Source: Turneriella sp.
Lineage (GTDB): Bacteria > Spirochaetota > Leptospiria > Turneriellales > Turneriellaceae
Length of the DNA: 64,000 nt
Direction: 5' to 3'
Assembly: GCA_965279515.1 (NCBI GenBank)
Contig: CBDIID010000003.1
Span: forward strand, 1,344,001 to 1,408,000
The translations under genes were made by a program, and so were the position numbers. Positions 9,617 through 19,331 of the stretch are shown here, in pieces; position 1 is the stretch's first letter; every line of letters starts with the position of its first letter. The notes under the pieces were generated by a model. It was not told the DNA's origin and did not search any database. It saw nothing but the letters and a program-made list of their open reading frames with translations.

Positions 9617-12600
9617 CAAATTCCCGCGTACCGACGACGGGGGCCTTTCTCGGAAAATCTTCGGGGCGCGGCGGCGCTGAAGGTTATGCTGCTGCCCGTG
9701 GCACCGGCCCGGCACACTACAGCCGGGACACGGCATGGATGCAGGGCCTCGTCATTGTCGCCAAGAACGTACCCCTGTGGCTGGCCGAACTTGCACGCCA
9801 CTATGACAGGCCGGTGCGTCGCCTCGACGAGATTCCGGGCGAAGAGCTCGAATTCTTAAGGGATTGTGGAATCACGGGCATCTGGCTCGTCGGCCTCTGG
9901 CAGCGCAGTGCAGCGTCGGCTGGAATAAAGAAGAAATCCGGCGCGGCGGATGCAGCAGCGTCGGCATACGCTGTCTTCGACTATACAGTCGATGAGGCCT
10001 ATGGCGGCGAAAACGCGCTGGCCTCACTGCGGCTGAAAACGCGCGCACGGGGGATTTCTCTTGGTTGCGACATGGTGCCGAATCATACGGGCATCGACTC
10101 GCTGTGGCTGCGCGAACATCCTGACTGGTATCTGCAAACTGCCGTGAAACCGTTTCCTGCTTACACCTTCGAAGGAGAAAATCTCTCGCCTGTCGCAGGC
10201 ATCGACACACGCATCGACGACGGTTATTATTCACGCCGCGACGCTGCGGTGGTTTTTAAGCACATCGAAAACGGCCGCACGCGTTATATCTATCACGGCA
10301 ACGACGGCACTGGGCTGCCGTGGAATGACACGGCTCAACTCAACCATACCTTGCCCGAAGTCCGGCAGGCCCTCATCGACGCGGCGCTGCGGCTGGCACA
10401 GAGTTTCGATTTCATCCGCTTCGATGCGGCAATGACGCTGCTCAGCGACCATTACCGCCGGCTGTGGTTTCCCGCAGCAGCCTCAGAAGCCGTGATCGCC
10501 GGCCGGGCGGAGCATCAGCCCTTCGACATGCCCGAATTCTGGAGCGAGTTGGTTGGCATCTTTCGCCAGAAAAGCCCCGGCACGCTGCTGATCGCCGAAG
10601 CGTTCTGGCTGACGGAAAATTATTTTGTCCAAAACATCGGCATGCACCGCGTCTACAACAGCGCCTTCATGCATTTTCTCGCCGAAGAAAAAAGTGCGCA
10701 ATTCAATGGCTTCATGGCAGATCACCTCAGGGAAGGCGGGACGCTGAACCGTTTTGTAAATTATCTCAGCACACCCGATGAAAAACCCGCCGCGGAAGTT
10801 TTTCCGCATAGCGAAAAATATTTCGGCGCGATGAAACTGATGGCGACGCTGCCGGGCACGCCGCTCATCGCTCCCGGGCAGCTCGAAGGCTTCACAGAAA
10901 AATATGCGATGGACCAGCAAACATCCAGACTTTCAGAGACGAGAAACCAGGCTTTGATCGCAGAGCACCTGCAGGAAATTGCTCCGCTCCTGAAGCGGCG
11001 CCGCGAGTTCAATAACGCGAAAAACCTCCGCTGGCTGCAAGCTCAGGGCGACGGCGCTGAAAATCACGTGATCGCCTATGAAACCGGCAGCTCACAAAAA
11101 TACCGTATCCTCTTTAACAACTCGCCCCGCTCGCTCAGCGTTATCGTTGAAGGGCAAGAAATCGCAATGAAGCCCTACGAGAGCCGCGTTGAGCTGCAAT
11201 CCGCGGTGCAATACCGCACGAGCCATGTCTCAACTCAAGCGGCCAATGCCTCGGTATATTTCCCCGAACTCAACAGACGTCACTCGGGCGTTGTGATTCC
11301 CGTCGGTGCGCTGCGCAGCCATGCGAGCTGCGGCATCGGCGAGTTTGCAGACCTAAAGCTCATGACAGATTGGTGTACCACCACGGGGCAAAACTTCATT
11401 GCCCTCTTGCCGGTCTCCGACACGGGGGAAAATCCCAGCCCCTACTCTGCCGTCAGTGCTTTCGCATTGCATCCCATTTATCTGCGCCTTGCCGACGTCG
11501 ACGGCGCAGCGGCTGCAGGCGATGAAATCGCCGCGCTGCAGTTTGCAGCCGATTCAGGCAGGGTCTACGGATTTGCTGAAATTCTGCAAGTGAAGCTCGC
11601 CTTGCTGCGCCAGATCTACGACGCAGCTGGGGACATGGCGCTTGCGTCGATTCCGCAGGATTTTTACCGCGAAGAATGGCTCGTCGATTACGCAGTCTAC
11701 AAACATCTGCGCACACAGCAGCGCGGGGAACTTCCGCCCATGACTGCGACAGAGCGCAGCGCCTACTTCGAAACACATCGCCGGGAAACGGGCTTTTATG
11801 TCTGGCTGCAGTACCAATGCGATCTGCAGCTTTCTACCGCGGCCGCCTACGCGCGTTCGCGCGGCGTTTTTATCAAAGGCGATTTGCCGATTCTGCTCGA
11901 GCGCGACAGCGTAGACGTCTGGGTCAATCCGCATCTGTTTCTGAACGATCTCAAGGCCGGCGCGCCGCCCGACCAGTTCTCGGCCGACGGGCAGAACTGG
12001 GGATTTCCCGTCTATGACTGGCCTGCTCACCGGCGCGATAGTTTTCACTGGTGGAAAGCCCGTGTACGGCGCGCGGCCAAATTCTTCTCGGCCTACCGCA
12101 TCGACCACGTGCTGGGCTTTTTCCGTATCTGGTGTCTCGACGCCGGCGACAGCTCGGGCTACTGCGGCTTTTTTATGCCATCCTCCCCGCTGCAGCGAAA
12201 CGAAATCGCGGTTTTTCTGTCCGACGAAAAGATCAGGCAGCTATGCGATACGGCGAACCGCGAGCGACCCCTGATTGCGCGCGGCGAGGTATTTTTTCCC
12301 GCATGGGATTTTGAGCGTAAGCTGCAGGCGGCGCCGCTCAGCGACGGGGAGCGCGCGCAGCTACGGGAACTTCTGCAACAGAAGACAGCTGGCGACGCCG
12401 ATCTGCAGCAAAAGCAAGGTCGGGAAATTTTGGCCGCACTCAAAGAGGCGAGCGGAATGCTGACCTGCGCCGAAGATCTGGGTGTCGTACCGCCTTATGT
12501 CGGGCCGACTCTGGCAGAGCTGGGCATCCTCTCGCTGTGCGTATTGCGTTGGCGGCCGCAGGGCGAAAATCTCGAGCCACCCAGCGAATACAATTTTCTG

Positions 12601-12939
12601 TCGGTCGCCACGCCTTCGGTGCACGATTCGGGCAATTTGCGCGAGTGGCTGCACGACGAGGGCAAACGCTACTACCCGGATGGAAAAGTGGAAAACGTTC
12701 TGAGCGATATGTACAGTGCGTCGTCTGCGCTGACACTCCTGCCGCTGCAAGACATCCTCGCACTCGACCCGGCCTTGCATGGCGCGCCCGAAAAAGAACG
12801 CATCAATGTGCCGGGCACGGTCAGCGCAACAAACTGGAGTTACCGCATGCCATTGTACCTGGAGGATCTACTGCATAGACAGAACCTCGCGGCGAAAATC
12901 AGGGAGTTGACCCAATTACGAAATCGCCATGGGTTATAG
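9613..12939 (+). CDS. Fusion of GH13 alpha-amylase-family domain and GH77 4-alpha-glucanotransferase (MalQ)
   Basis: GH13: DMVPNH, FIRFDAAM, LIAEAFW, STPDE. GH77: GIGEFADL, SPYS, GAPPDQFSADGQNWGFP, RIDHVLGF, AEDLG, HD, RINVPGT..NWSYR. Confidence 0.9.
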   Translation: MTNSRVPTTGAFLGKSSGRGGAEGYAAARGTGPAHYSRDTAWMQGLVIVAKNVPLWLAELARHYDRPVRRLDEIPGEELEFLRDCGITGIWLVGLWQRSAASAGIKKKSGAADAAASAYAVFDYTVDEAYGGENALASLRLKTRARGISLGCDMVPNHTGIDSLWLREHPDWYLQTAVKPFPAYTFEGENLSPVAGIDTRIDDGYYSRRDAAVVFKHIENGRTRYIYHGNDGTGLPWNDTAQLNHTLPEVRQALIDAALRLAQSFDFIRFDAAMTLLSDHYRRLWFPAAASEAVIAGRAEHQPFDMPEFWSELVGIFRQKSPGTLLIAEAFWLTENYFVQNIGMHRVYNSAFMHFLAEEKSAQFNGFMADHLREGGTLNRFVNYLSTPDEKPAAEVFPHSEKYFGAMKLMATLPGTPLIAPGQLEGFTEKYAMDQQTSRLSETRNQALIAEHLQEIAPLLKRRREFNNAKNLRWLQAQGDGAENHVIAYETGSSQKYRILFNNSPRSLSVIVEGQEIAMKPYESRVELQSAVQYRTSHVSTQAANASVYFPELNRRHSGVVIPVGALRSHASCGIGEFADLKLMTDWCTTTGQNFIALLPVSDTGENPSPYSAVSAFALHPIYLRLADVDGAAAAGDEIAALQFAADSGRVYGFAEILQVKLALLRQIYDAAGDMALASIPQDFYREEWLVDYAVYKHLRTQQRGELPPMTATERSAYFETHRRETGFYVWLQYQCDLQLSTAAAYARSRGVFIKGDLPILLERDSVDVWVNPHLFLNDLKAGAPPDQFSADGQNWGFPVYDWPAHRRDSFHWWKARVRRAAKFFSAYRIDHVLGFFRIWCLDAGDSSGYCGFFMPSSPLQRNEIAVFLSDEKIRQLCDTANRERPLIARGEVFFPAWDFERKLQAAPLSDGERAQLRELLQQKTAGDADLQQKQGREILAALKEASGMLTCAEDLGVVPPYVGPTLAELGILSLCVLRWRPQGENLEPPSEYNFLSVATPSVHDSGNLREWLHDEGKRYYPDGKVENVLSDMYSASSALTLLPLQDILALDPALHGAPEKERINVPGTVSATNWSYRMPLYLEDLLHRQNLAAKIRELTQLRNRHGL

Positions 12940-14754
12940 GGCTTCGAGCAGCGACAATCCGCGCGCCGGCACGATAAAAATTCCCGAGCAGGGTTCATTC
13001 AAAAGCGGCCGCGCCGTGTTGATGAGTTCCCGATAAAAAGCTTCCTGCACGGGCAGTGTGACAACGGCATTTTCGGCCGCCCGCGGATTGGCCAAAAACA
13101 GCAATGTGGGGTCTTCGCGAAAACGGATCTGCAGGCAAAGCACCTCACCGCTTTCCGTAAAAAATCTCTCAAACACCGCGGTCTGCCAATCGAAACGTGC
13201 GCGCACTTCGAGACAGCTGCGGATAAAATGCTGCAGGATATTTCCTGTGTCCCACCGCAGGTGTGTTACCGCATTATCCTGGCAATAGGCATTGTTGTTC
13301 CCGTTCTGGGTGTGAGTCAATTCATCGCCGCCCAGCAACATGGGAATCGCGCGGGCAAAAAATAAAGTCGCCAACAGGTTACGCGACTGCTGCAACCGGA
13401 TTTCCCCTATCGCTGCGTCCCCTGTCTCGCCTTCGGCGCCGTAATTTTCGCTGAAATTTTCATCCGCACCGTCGCGGTTATCTTCACGGTTCTCAGCGTT
13501 ATGCTTTTGTTTATAAGAGACCAGGTCGCGCAAGGAAAAACCGTCGTGACAGGTCACATAATTCACTGCCCGGTCGGCCTGCATCTCCTGCAAAAGCTCA
13601 CCCAGTACCTCGTCACCGCGCCAATAGCGCCGCGCCGCATTGCGGAAACGGTCGTTCCAGACTTTCCACGGCTCACGGAAAGAATCTCGCACATAACCCT
13701 CGGGACCTAAATCCCAGGGCTCGGCGATGAGTTTCACCTGAGAAAGTACGGGGTCATCGGCCACGGCCCGCGCAAAGGCGCCGTCGAGCACCGGACGCCC
13801 GCCTTCGCGGAACAGCGCAGGCGCAAGATCGAAACGAAAGCCGTCGACATGCATCTCTTCAACCCAGTAGCGCAGAGAAGCGATCACCAGGCGCCGCGTC
13901 TGCAAATGCACGAGGTTCAGCGTATTACCGCAGCCAGTGTGGTCAATGAAACCGCGCTCGTCGTCGAACAAATAATATGCGCGATTATCAAAACCGCGCC
14001 AGGACAAAACCGGCCCCTCTGCCCCCATCTCGGCGGTGTGGTTATAGACCACGTCGAGAATGACTTCGATGCCGGCGCGGTGGAGTGCCCTGACCATCGT
14101 TTTGAACTCTGCCACCGCATCGCGGCAGGCATAGCGCGGTTCGGGAGAAAAAAAGTTCAGCGTGCTGTATCCCCAGTAGTTCGTCAGCCCTTTCGCTACC
14201 AAAAATGCATCGTCGTTCTTTGCATGCACCGGCAAGAGCTCGAGCGCAGTCACACCGAGTTCTTTCAGGTAGTTAATAACCTTCTCATGTGCCAGTGCAA
14301 GGTATGTCCCGCGGATTTCTTCCGGAATGCCGGGGAAATTTTTCGTCAGGCCGCGCACATGCGCCTCATAGATGACGGTTTTGCCGAAGGGGTTGCGCGG
14401 CAAAATATCACCCTGCCATTCGAAACAACTGTCTATGACTACACCCAGATTGCCATGCACTGCGCGGGCATAGGGGTCCAACAGGACCCTGTCACAATCG
14501 CAGAAATGCCCGCGCTGCGGATCCCATGGACCATAGACGCGATAGCCATAAGGCGTGCCTGCAGTGACGCCGGGAACGAAAACCTGCCAGGTATTTTCAG
14601 GCCCGCCGGCCATCGCGAAACGGTTTTTTTCTTTTCCTGCCGCATCGAATAAGCAGAGTTCGATCTTCTCCGCGACCGAAGAAAATACGGAAAAATTTGC
14701 GCCGCCGGAAACCAGCACGGCCCCCATGGTGAAATTCGCTGCGCTTAGGCTCAC
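12934..14754 (-). CDS. glgX: Glycogen debranching enzyme
   Basis: NYWGYST, DVVYNHTAE, GFRFDLA, AEPWD, YVTCHDGF, GNNNAYCQDN. Confidence 0.95.
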   Translation of the reverse strand: MSLSAANFTMGAVLVSGGANFSVFSSVAEKIELCLFDAAGKEKNRFAMAGGPENTWQVFVPGVTAGTPYGYRVYGPWDPQRGHFCDCDRVLLDPYARAVHGNLGVVIDSCFEWQGDILPRNPFGKTVIYEAHVRGLTKNFPGIPEEIRGTYLALAHEKVINYLKELGVTALELLPVHAKNDDAFLVAKGLTNYWGYSTLNFFSPEPRYACRDAVAEFKTMVRALHRAGIEVILDVVYNHTAEMGAEGPVLSWRGFDNRAYYLFDDERGFIDHTGCGNTLNLVHLQTRRLVIASLRYWVEEMHVDGFRFDLAPALFREGGRPVLDGAFARAVADDPVLSQVKLIAEPWDLGPEGYVRDSFREPWKVWNDRFRNAARRYWRGDEVLGELLQEMQADRAVNYVTCHDGFSLRDLVSYKQKHNAENREDNRDGADENFSENYGAEGETGDAAIGEIRLQQSRNLLATLFFARAIPMLLGGDELTHTQNGNNNAYCQDNAVTHLRWDTGNILQHFIRSCLEVRARFDWQTAVFERFFTESGEVLCLQIRFREDPTLLFLANPRAAENAVVTLPVQEAFYRELINTARPLLNEPCSGIFIVPARGLSLLEAL

Positions 14755-16349
14755 GGCACAAGAAGGGGCAGATACGCGGCCGCAGCCTTTGTCCAGGAAA
14801 ATTCGGTATTCATCGCCTTGAGGCGCAGCTTGTCTAGCTCGTCGCTACGGGCAGCGCGTGCAATCAGGCCGTCTAATAGAGCAAGAAAATTATCGCTCTT
14901 CTCGCCGCGGCTTTTTCCCGAAAACAGGAATCCGTTCTCGCCATGCTGGATCGTATCGATGAGGCCGCCTACCGCGGCAGCCACGGGCAGGCAGCCATAA
15001 CGCATCGCCTTCATCTGGCTCGTGCCACAGGGCTCAAACTCCGAAGGCATCAGCATGAAATCCGCAGAGGCATAGAGATGTTTTTCGAGATCGTCGTCGA
15101 AGCCGCCGAAGAGCAGAGCATTCGGATAAGGCGCAAGCAGTTCGGCCATCTTTGCCATTAAATTGCCCTTGCCTAAGATGATGAGCGTGCAATCTTTCGC
15201 GAGAAGCATATCGAGAATTGTCGATCCCTGCCAGGCATCGATCATGAGGCGGATTTTCTGCTCCGTGAGGCGGCTCACGAGGGCAAACATGGGTTGCTTT
15301 TTTGCCTTTTCTATATCAAAAACCAAAAGCTTCTTGCGCAACCCTTCGTCTATGCCGGGCATGAGACTTCTGGACGCCGTCAGTTTTTTCACAAGGCCCG
15401 GCAAATCATCCAGCAGGGCAGCACGGTTCAGCGTGCGGCCGCGCGCCAGGTCAGCGCCGCTAAACGCAGGATTCAGATTCGTGGCGGAATAATAATCCAT
15501 ATCGATGGCATTGACGATGCCGATCAGGCGCCGTTCATTCTTTAACCGGACAAAGTCGTCCTCAAGGCCACGGCCGCCGAGAAAATCTTCGGCCGGGTTG
15601 TCGTGCCGCGTAATTTCATCCGCATAGGTCGGGCTCACCGTCGTGACATAGTGTGCGGCATTGAGCCCCGCACGCATGGGATTGATGCAGCGGATTTCGG
15701 CATGCGGATCGAGATATGGTTTTTTCTGATCTTCAGTCAACGCATAGAGCTCAGGATACCAATCCAGAAATGATTCAAGATTGCCGCGGATATTCCAGGG
15801 CCGCGTGCCCTGGTATTCCAAATTGTGCACGCTGAAAATACGCCGCACGGGTTTCAGCACCACGTAAGCCGGGTGCACCTGGACCAACATATGCACGAGC
15901 GCCGCATGCCAGTCATGGCAGTGGATGGCATCGACCGCATCGCCGCTTTTATGCAAATGCAGCAAAAGTTCGGCCGCCGCGAGTGAGAAAAATGCAAACC
16001 GCCGCGCATCGTCTTCAAAATAGCCGCGGCCCAAACGCCCGCTGTCGATATAGATATCGCCATATTCTCCGCGGAAAAAACGATCACTGTGGATCAACAG
16101 GGTATCGAGCGTTCCATGCCTGCCCTGGAACACCGAAACCGAAGACTCTTCACCGGCAAAGCGCACCGTGAGCGTCGTAAAGAGATGCACCTCAAGACGC
16201 ACCTCTTCATAATAAGGAAGAATCACCGACACGCGGTGCCCTGCCTTAACAAGGGCATCGGAGAGGCCCCAGACAACGCTGCCCAAACCGCCGCGTTGAG
16301 CAATCCCCGAACATTCGGCGCTGATCTGGGCAATATGGCGTTGCGGCAT
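14751..16349 (-). CDS. glgA: Glycogen synthase (GT5); start may instead be 16361
   Basis: SAE..xxGGL, IHCHDWHAAL, VHNLEYQG, TVSPTYADEI, PSEFEPCG, VGGLIDT. Confidence 0.9.
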   Translation of the reverse strand: MPQRHIAQISAECSGIAQRGGLGSVVWGLSDALVKAGHRVSVILPYYEEVRLEVHLFTTLTVRFAGEESSVSVFQGRHGTLDTLLIHSDRFFRGEYGDIYIDSGRLGRGYFEDDARRFAFFSLAAAELLLHLHKSGDAVDAIHCHDWHAALVHMLVQVHPAYVVLKPVRRIFSVHNLEYQGTRPWNIRGNLESFLDWYPELYALTEDQKKPYLDPHAEIRCINPMRAGLNAAHYVTTVSPTYADEITRHDNPAEDFLGGRGLEDDFVRLKNERRLIGIVNAIDMDYYSATNLNPAFSGADLARGRTLNRAALLDDLPGLVKKLTASRSLMPGIDEGLRKKLLVFDIEKAKKQPMFALVSRLTEQKIRLMIDAWQGSTILDMLLAKDCTLIILGKGNLMAKMAELLAPYPNALLFGGFDDDLEKHLYASADFMLMPSEFEPCGTSQMKAMRYGCLPVAAAVGGLIDTIQHGENGFLFSGKSRGEKSDNFLALLDGLIARAARSDELDKLRLKAMNTEFSWTKAAAAYLPLLVP

Positions 16350-16454
16350 CGGGATATACATGAATTTTTTCCCCGCTACAGGCAACGAAAAAACCGGATT
16401 TCCTGCGGCGTTAAAGTCGGTTTACAGATCGGCTGAATTCGCCAAATCGGGTCT

Positions 16455-16886
16455 ATGAAACGCGCCGCACTGTTAATCCCGCTTTTGGTCTTTGTTGCCC
16501 TAAGCTGCAAGAAAAAGGAATACACCGGCAAGGTTTGGTTCTCTGAACCTTCTGACAAAGCCGAGGTGACTGCACCGGTAAAGTTCACAATGCAGGTTGA
16601 GGGTATGACCGTAAAACCCGCGGGCAAACCCGAAGAGGGCACGGGGCATTTTCATATTCTCATTAATAAAGAAGCAATGGCTGCAGGCCAGGTTATCATC
16701 AACGACGAATTCCATAAACATTACGGCAAAGGGCAGACCGAAGACACGCTCGACCTGAAACCCGGCGATTACCGTATTACTCTGCAATTCGCTGATGGCG
16801 CGCACGTTTCGTACGGTTCGGCATGGGCGCAGACGATTTCGCTGAAAGTTAAAGCCAAAGCGGGCGGCGGCGAAGAAGAAAACTAA
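16455..16886 (+). CDS. DUF4399-like lipoprotein
   Basis: Lipobox ALSC; GTGHFHILIN, HYGKGQTE, LQFADGAH. Confidence 0.8.
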   Translation: MKRAALLIPLLVFVALSCKKKEYTGKVWFSEPSDKAEVTAPVKFTMQVEGMTVKPAGKPEEGTGHFHILINKEAMAAGQVIINDEFHKHYGKGQTEDTLDLKPGDYRITLQFADGAHVSYGSAWAQTISLKVKAKAGGGEEEN

Positions 16887-16917
16887 CCCCGATCCGCAGG
16901 GCTGCGGCACAGCTGCC

Positions 16918-17295
16918 ATGCCACACGCCGGTTTTTCCTCCGTTGTACTGTTAGTTCTTTCGAACATTTTTATGACACTTGCCTGGTACGGGCACTTGCA
17001 ACTGCATAAGAGCGAACGTTTTTCTTCGCTGCCGCTCTATGGTGTGATTCTTGTCAGCTGGCTCATCGCGCTCGCCGAATATGCCCTGCAGGTTCCGGCG
17101 AACCGAATCGGCAGTTCAAATTACGGTGGCCCGTTTAATCTCTTCGAGCTCAAGGTTATCCAGGAAGTCGTTTCGCTGATTGTCTTCGCGGTCTTTGCCG
17201 TAGTGATTTTCAAAAGCGACGAGTTGAAGTGGAACTATCTGGTCGGCTTCGGTTTTCTGGTTCTGGCGGTATTTTTTATCTTCAAAAAATGGTGA
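16918..17295 (+). CDS. DMT-family (DUF486) membrane protein
   Basis: SNIFMTLAWYGHL, EYALQVPANRIG, LKVIQEV. Confidence 0.88.
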   Translation: MPHAGFSSVVLLVLSNIFMTLAWYGHLQLHKSERFSSLPLYGVILVSWLIALAEYALQVPANRIGSSNYGGPFNLFELKVIQEVVSLIVFAVFAVVIFKSDELKWNYLVGFGFLVLAVFFIFKKW

Positions 17296-17299
17296 GCGC

Positions 17300-17644
17300 T
17301 TACAGGGCTTCGATGTAGCGTACCAGCGCGTCGATTTCTGCCGGTGTAAATTTATCTTTAAACGCGGGCATCAATGTGCCCTTGCCGCTGCTAATCGTCG
17401 CCGCAATGCCGCGCCGCATCTTGTCGCCGCCGAAGAAGAACCCCATACCCATGCCCGTCGTACCAAACCGGCGCATGCCTTTGTCGGCCCATTCGGGTGG
17501 CGGGCTGCCGTTTTCACCGTGGCAGGTTGCACAGGTGGATTTCCAGTGCGTTGCTGCTGCGGCGTATTCTGGTTCTTTCTTTAAGTTGCCCGATGCGCAG
17601 TAACAGGGCAGGATACAAATAATAATCCGTAACGAAGTCTTCAT
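17300..17644 (-). CDS. Monoheme c-type cytochrome, probably exported
   Basis: CATCH heme motif, MPAF axial Met, N-terminal signal. Confidence 0.88.
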   Translation of the reverse strand: MKTSLRIIICILPCYCASGNLKKEPEYAAAATHWKSTCATCHGENGSPPPEWADKGMRRFGTTGMGMGFFFGGDKMRRGIAATISSGKGTLMPAFKDKFTPAEIDALVRYIEAL

Positions 17645-17791
17645 CTATACGGGTAGCCCATACAGGTTCTTCAGCGCGCCAAGCATAACCTTGATAACAA
17701 GGCGATTCCCACCAGAGAGTTGTTTTCGAAGGCCAGCCAAACCCTAAATTCCTGTTCATTTTGTATGCGTTATTGTGTTACACACCCGTAG

Positions 17792-18952
17792 ATGATCCCC
17801 GCCATTATCAGCTTCACCGGTTTTGTGGCATTTGTCTGCGCGCTATTCCTCAGTCTGCGGATGCGCTTTCTCGTACGGCGTTTAGGCGGTATCGCGGCCC
17901 AATACAGACTCCACCATTATTCAGGATTTCTTTGCATCATAGCCGTGCTGCTTCACGTCGTTTCCCAGTTCGCTTCGCTGGGCGGCAGTGCATGGCGCAG
18001 CTTATTGGATCTATCCGATCCGGGACTTTTAGCCGGCTGGATGGCATTGACTCTGCTGCTCGGCGCCTTTGCGGCAGTCTGGCTGAAAAAACTCCCATAT
18101 CGGGCATGGCGATTCATCCATATGCTTTTTATTCCTGCCTTTTTTATTTTACTTATTCACATATGGCTCTTTGTTCCCGCCAGCGGAATCAAACCCTGGC
18201 TTGCGGGCGTATTCGGCACATCAGGAATCATTATCCTCTTGGTATTACTCTTCAATCATTTTATCCCGTTTCAATACCGGGAATTCACGATCGCAGGTAT
18301 CCGTGAGCTGGGAGGGCAAATCTTTGAAATCGATCTGAGCCCAAGAACCCGATCAGGCCAAGTACCGGATTATCCGGCCGGCCAGATTGTCTATGTGCGC
18401 TTTAATGTGCCCGGCTTCACAAGAGGCTGGCACCCGTTTTCTGTCGCTTCATGCCGGGTCGATACGATGCTGCGCCTTGTGGTGAAGAGTTTTGGCCACG
18501 ACACGCAGCTTATTCCACAACTAACGACAGGGGATCACGTCAGCGTTGCAGGCCCCTACGCGGAATTCAAAATCTCTCCCGGCGAAAGCCAGGTGTGGAT
18601 CGCAGGCGGTATCGGCCTTGCACCTTTTCTCGGCATGACTCGTTGCCTTAAGGTAATGCCGTATAGCACCGTTCATTTATTCTACTTTGTAAATTCGGCT
18701 GCCGAACTAACGTGCAAGGCCGAATTGGATGCGACTGCGCGGAGCTTCGCCAATTTTTCCTGGCATCCCGTTGTACTGCCGCGCGGTGCAACAATTTCAG
18801 GCGGAACGATCGCGTTGCTTGCGCAATTGAAAAATCAGGCGCAATATCTGGTATGCGGCCCCCCTGGCTTTATGCGGCTGGTGCGAAAAACCCTTGTCCG
18901 ATCCGGCATAACACGCAAACATGTACATACGGAGGAGTTTTCCACATGGTAA
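17792..18952 (+). CDS. Ferric reductase-like transmembrane protein with FAD/NAD-binding domain
   Basis: TM His pairs, HPFSVAS, GPY, IAGGIGLAPF, VCGPPGF, EEF. Confidence 0.88.
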   Translation: MIPAIISFTGFVAFVCALFLSLRMRFLVRRLGGIAAQYRLHHYSGFLCIIAVLLHVVSQFASLGGSAWRSLLDLSDPGLLAGWMALTLLLGAFAAVWLKKLPYRAWRFIHMLFIPAFFILLIHIWLFVPASGIKPWLAGVFGTSGIIILLVLLFNHFIPFQYREFTIAGIRELGGQIFEIDLSPRTRSGQVPDYPAGQIVYVRFNVPGFTRGWHPFSVASCRVDTMLRLVVKSFGHDTQLIPQLTTGDHVSVAGPYAEFKISPGESQVWIAGGIGLAPFLGMTRCLKVMPYSTVHLFYFVNSAAELTCKAELDATARSFANFSWHPVVLPRGATISGGTIALLAQLKNQAQYLVCGPPGFMRLVRKTLVRSGITRKHVHTEEFSTW

Positions 18953-19260
18953 CCAGAATAATCATATCGGTAATCCTGATCTCCTGCTGCACGGCACTCT
19001 GGCCCAAGGCCACGAAGAAAATCTCCGACCAGGAACTCGCCAGGCATAATACCGCAAAAGACTGCTGGATGGAAATTAACGGCAATATCTACGATGTCAG
19101 CGAATATAGCGCCGAACACAAAAGCGTGCATGAGTACGATTATACAAAATGGTGCGGCAAAGCGGCTTCAGGAGCATGGGCCGACAAAGATGGCCGCGGC
19201 AAAGATCACAACCGCAAGGCGCACCTGATTCTCAAACGCTATTGGATCGGAGAAAAATAG
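18946..19260 (+). CDS. Cytochrome b5-like heme-binding protein with signal peptide
   Basis: ATG at 18946 after GGAGGAG; ELARHNTAKDCWMEINGNIYDVS, His ligands, YWIG. Confidence 0.85.
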   Translation: MVTRIIISVILISCCTALWPKATKKISDQELARHNTAKDCWMEINGNIYDVSEYSAEHKSVHEYDYTKWCGKAASGAWADKDGRGKDHNRKAHLILKRYWIGEK

Positions 19261-19331
19261 ATTTATTAACCCCGGCAGACCACTATTCACCGGTAAGCAA
19301 AGGCCCTAATGCATGAGACTGCTTCGCTTTC

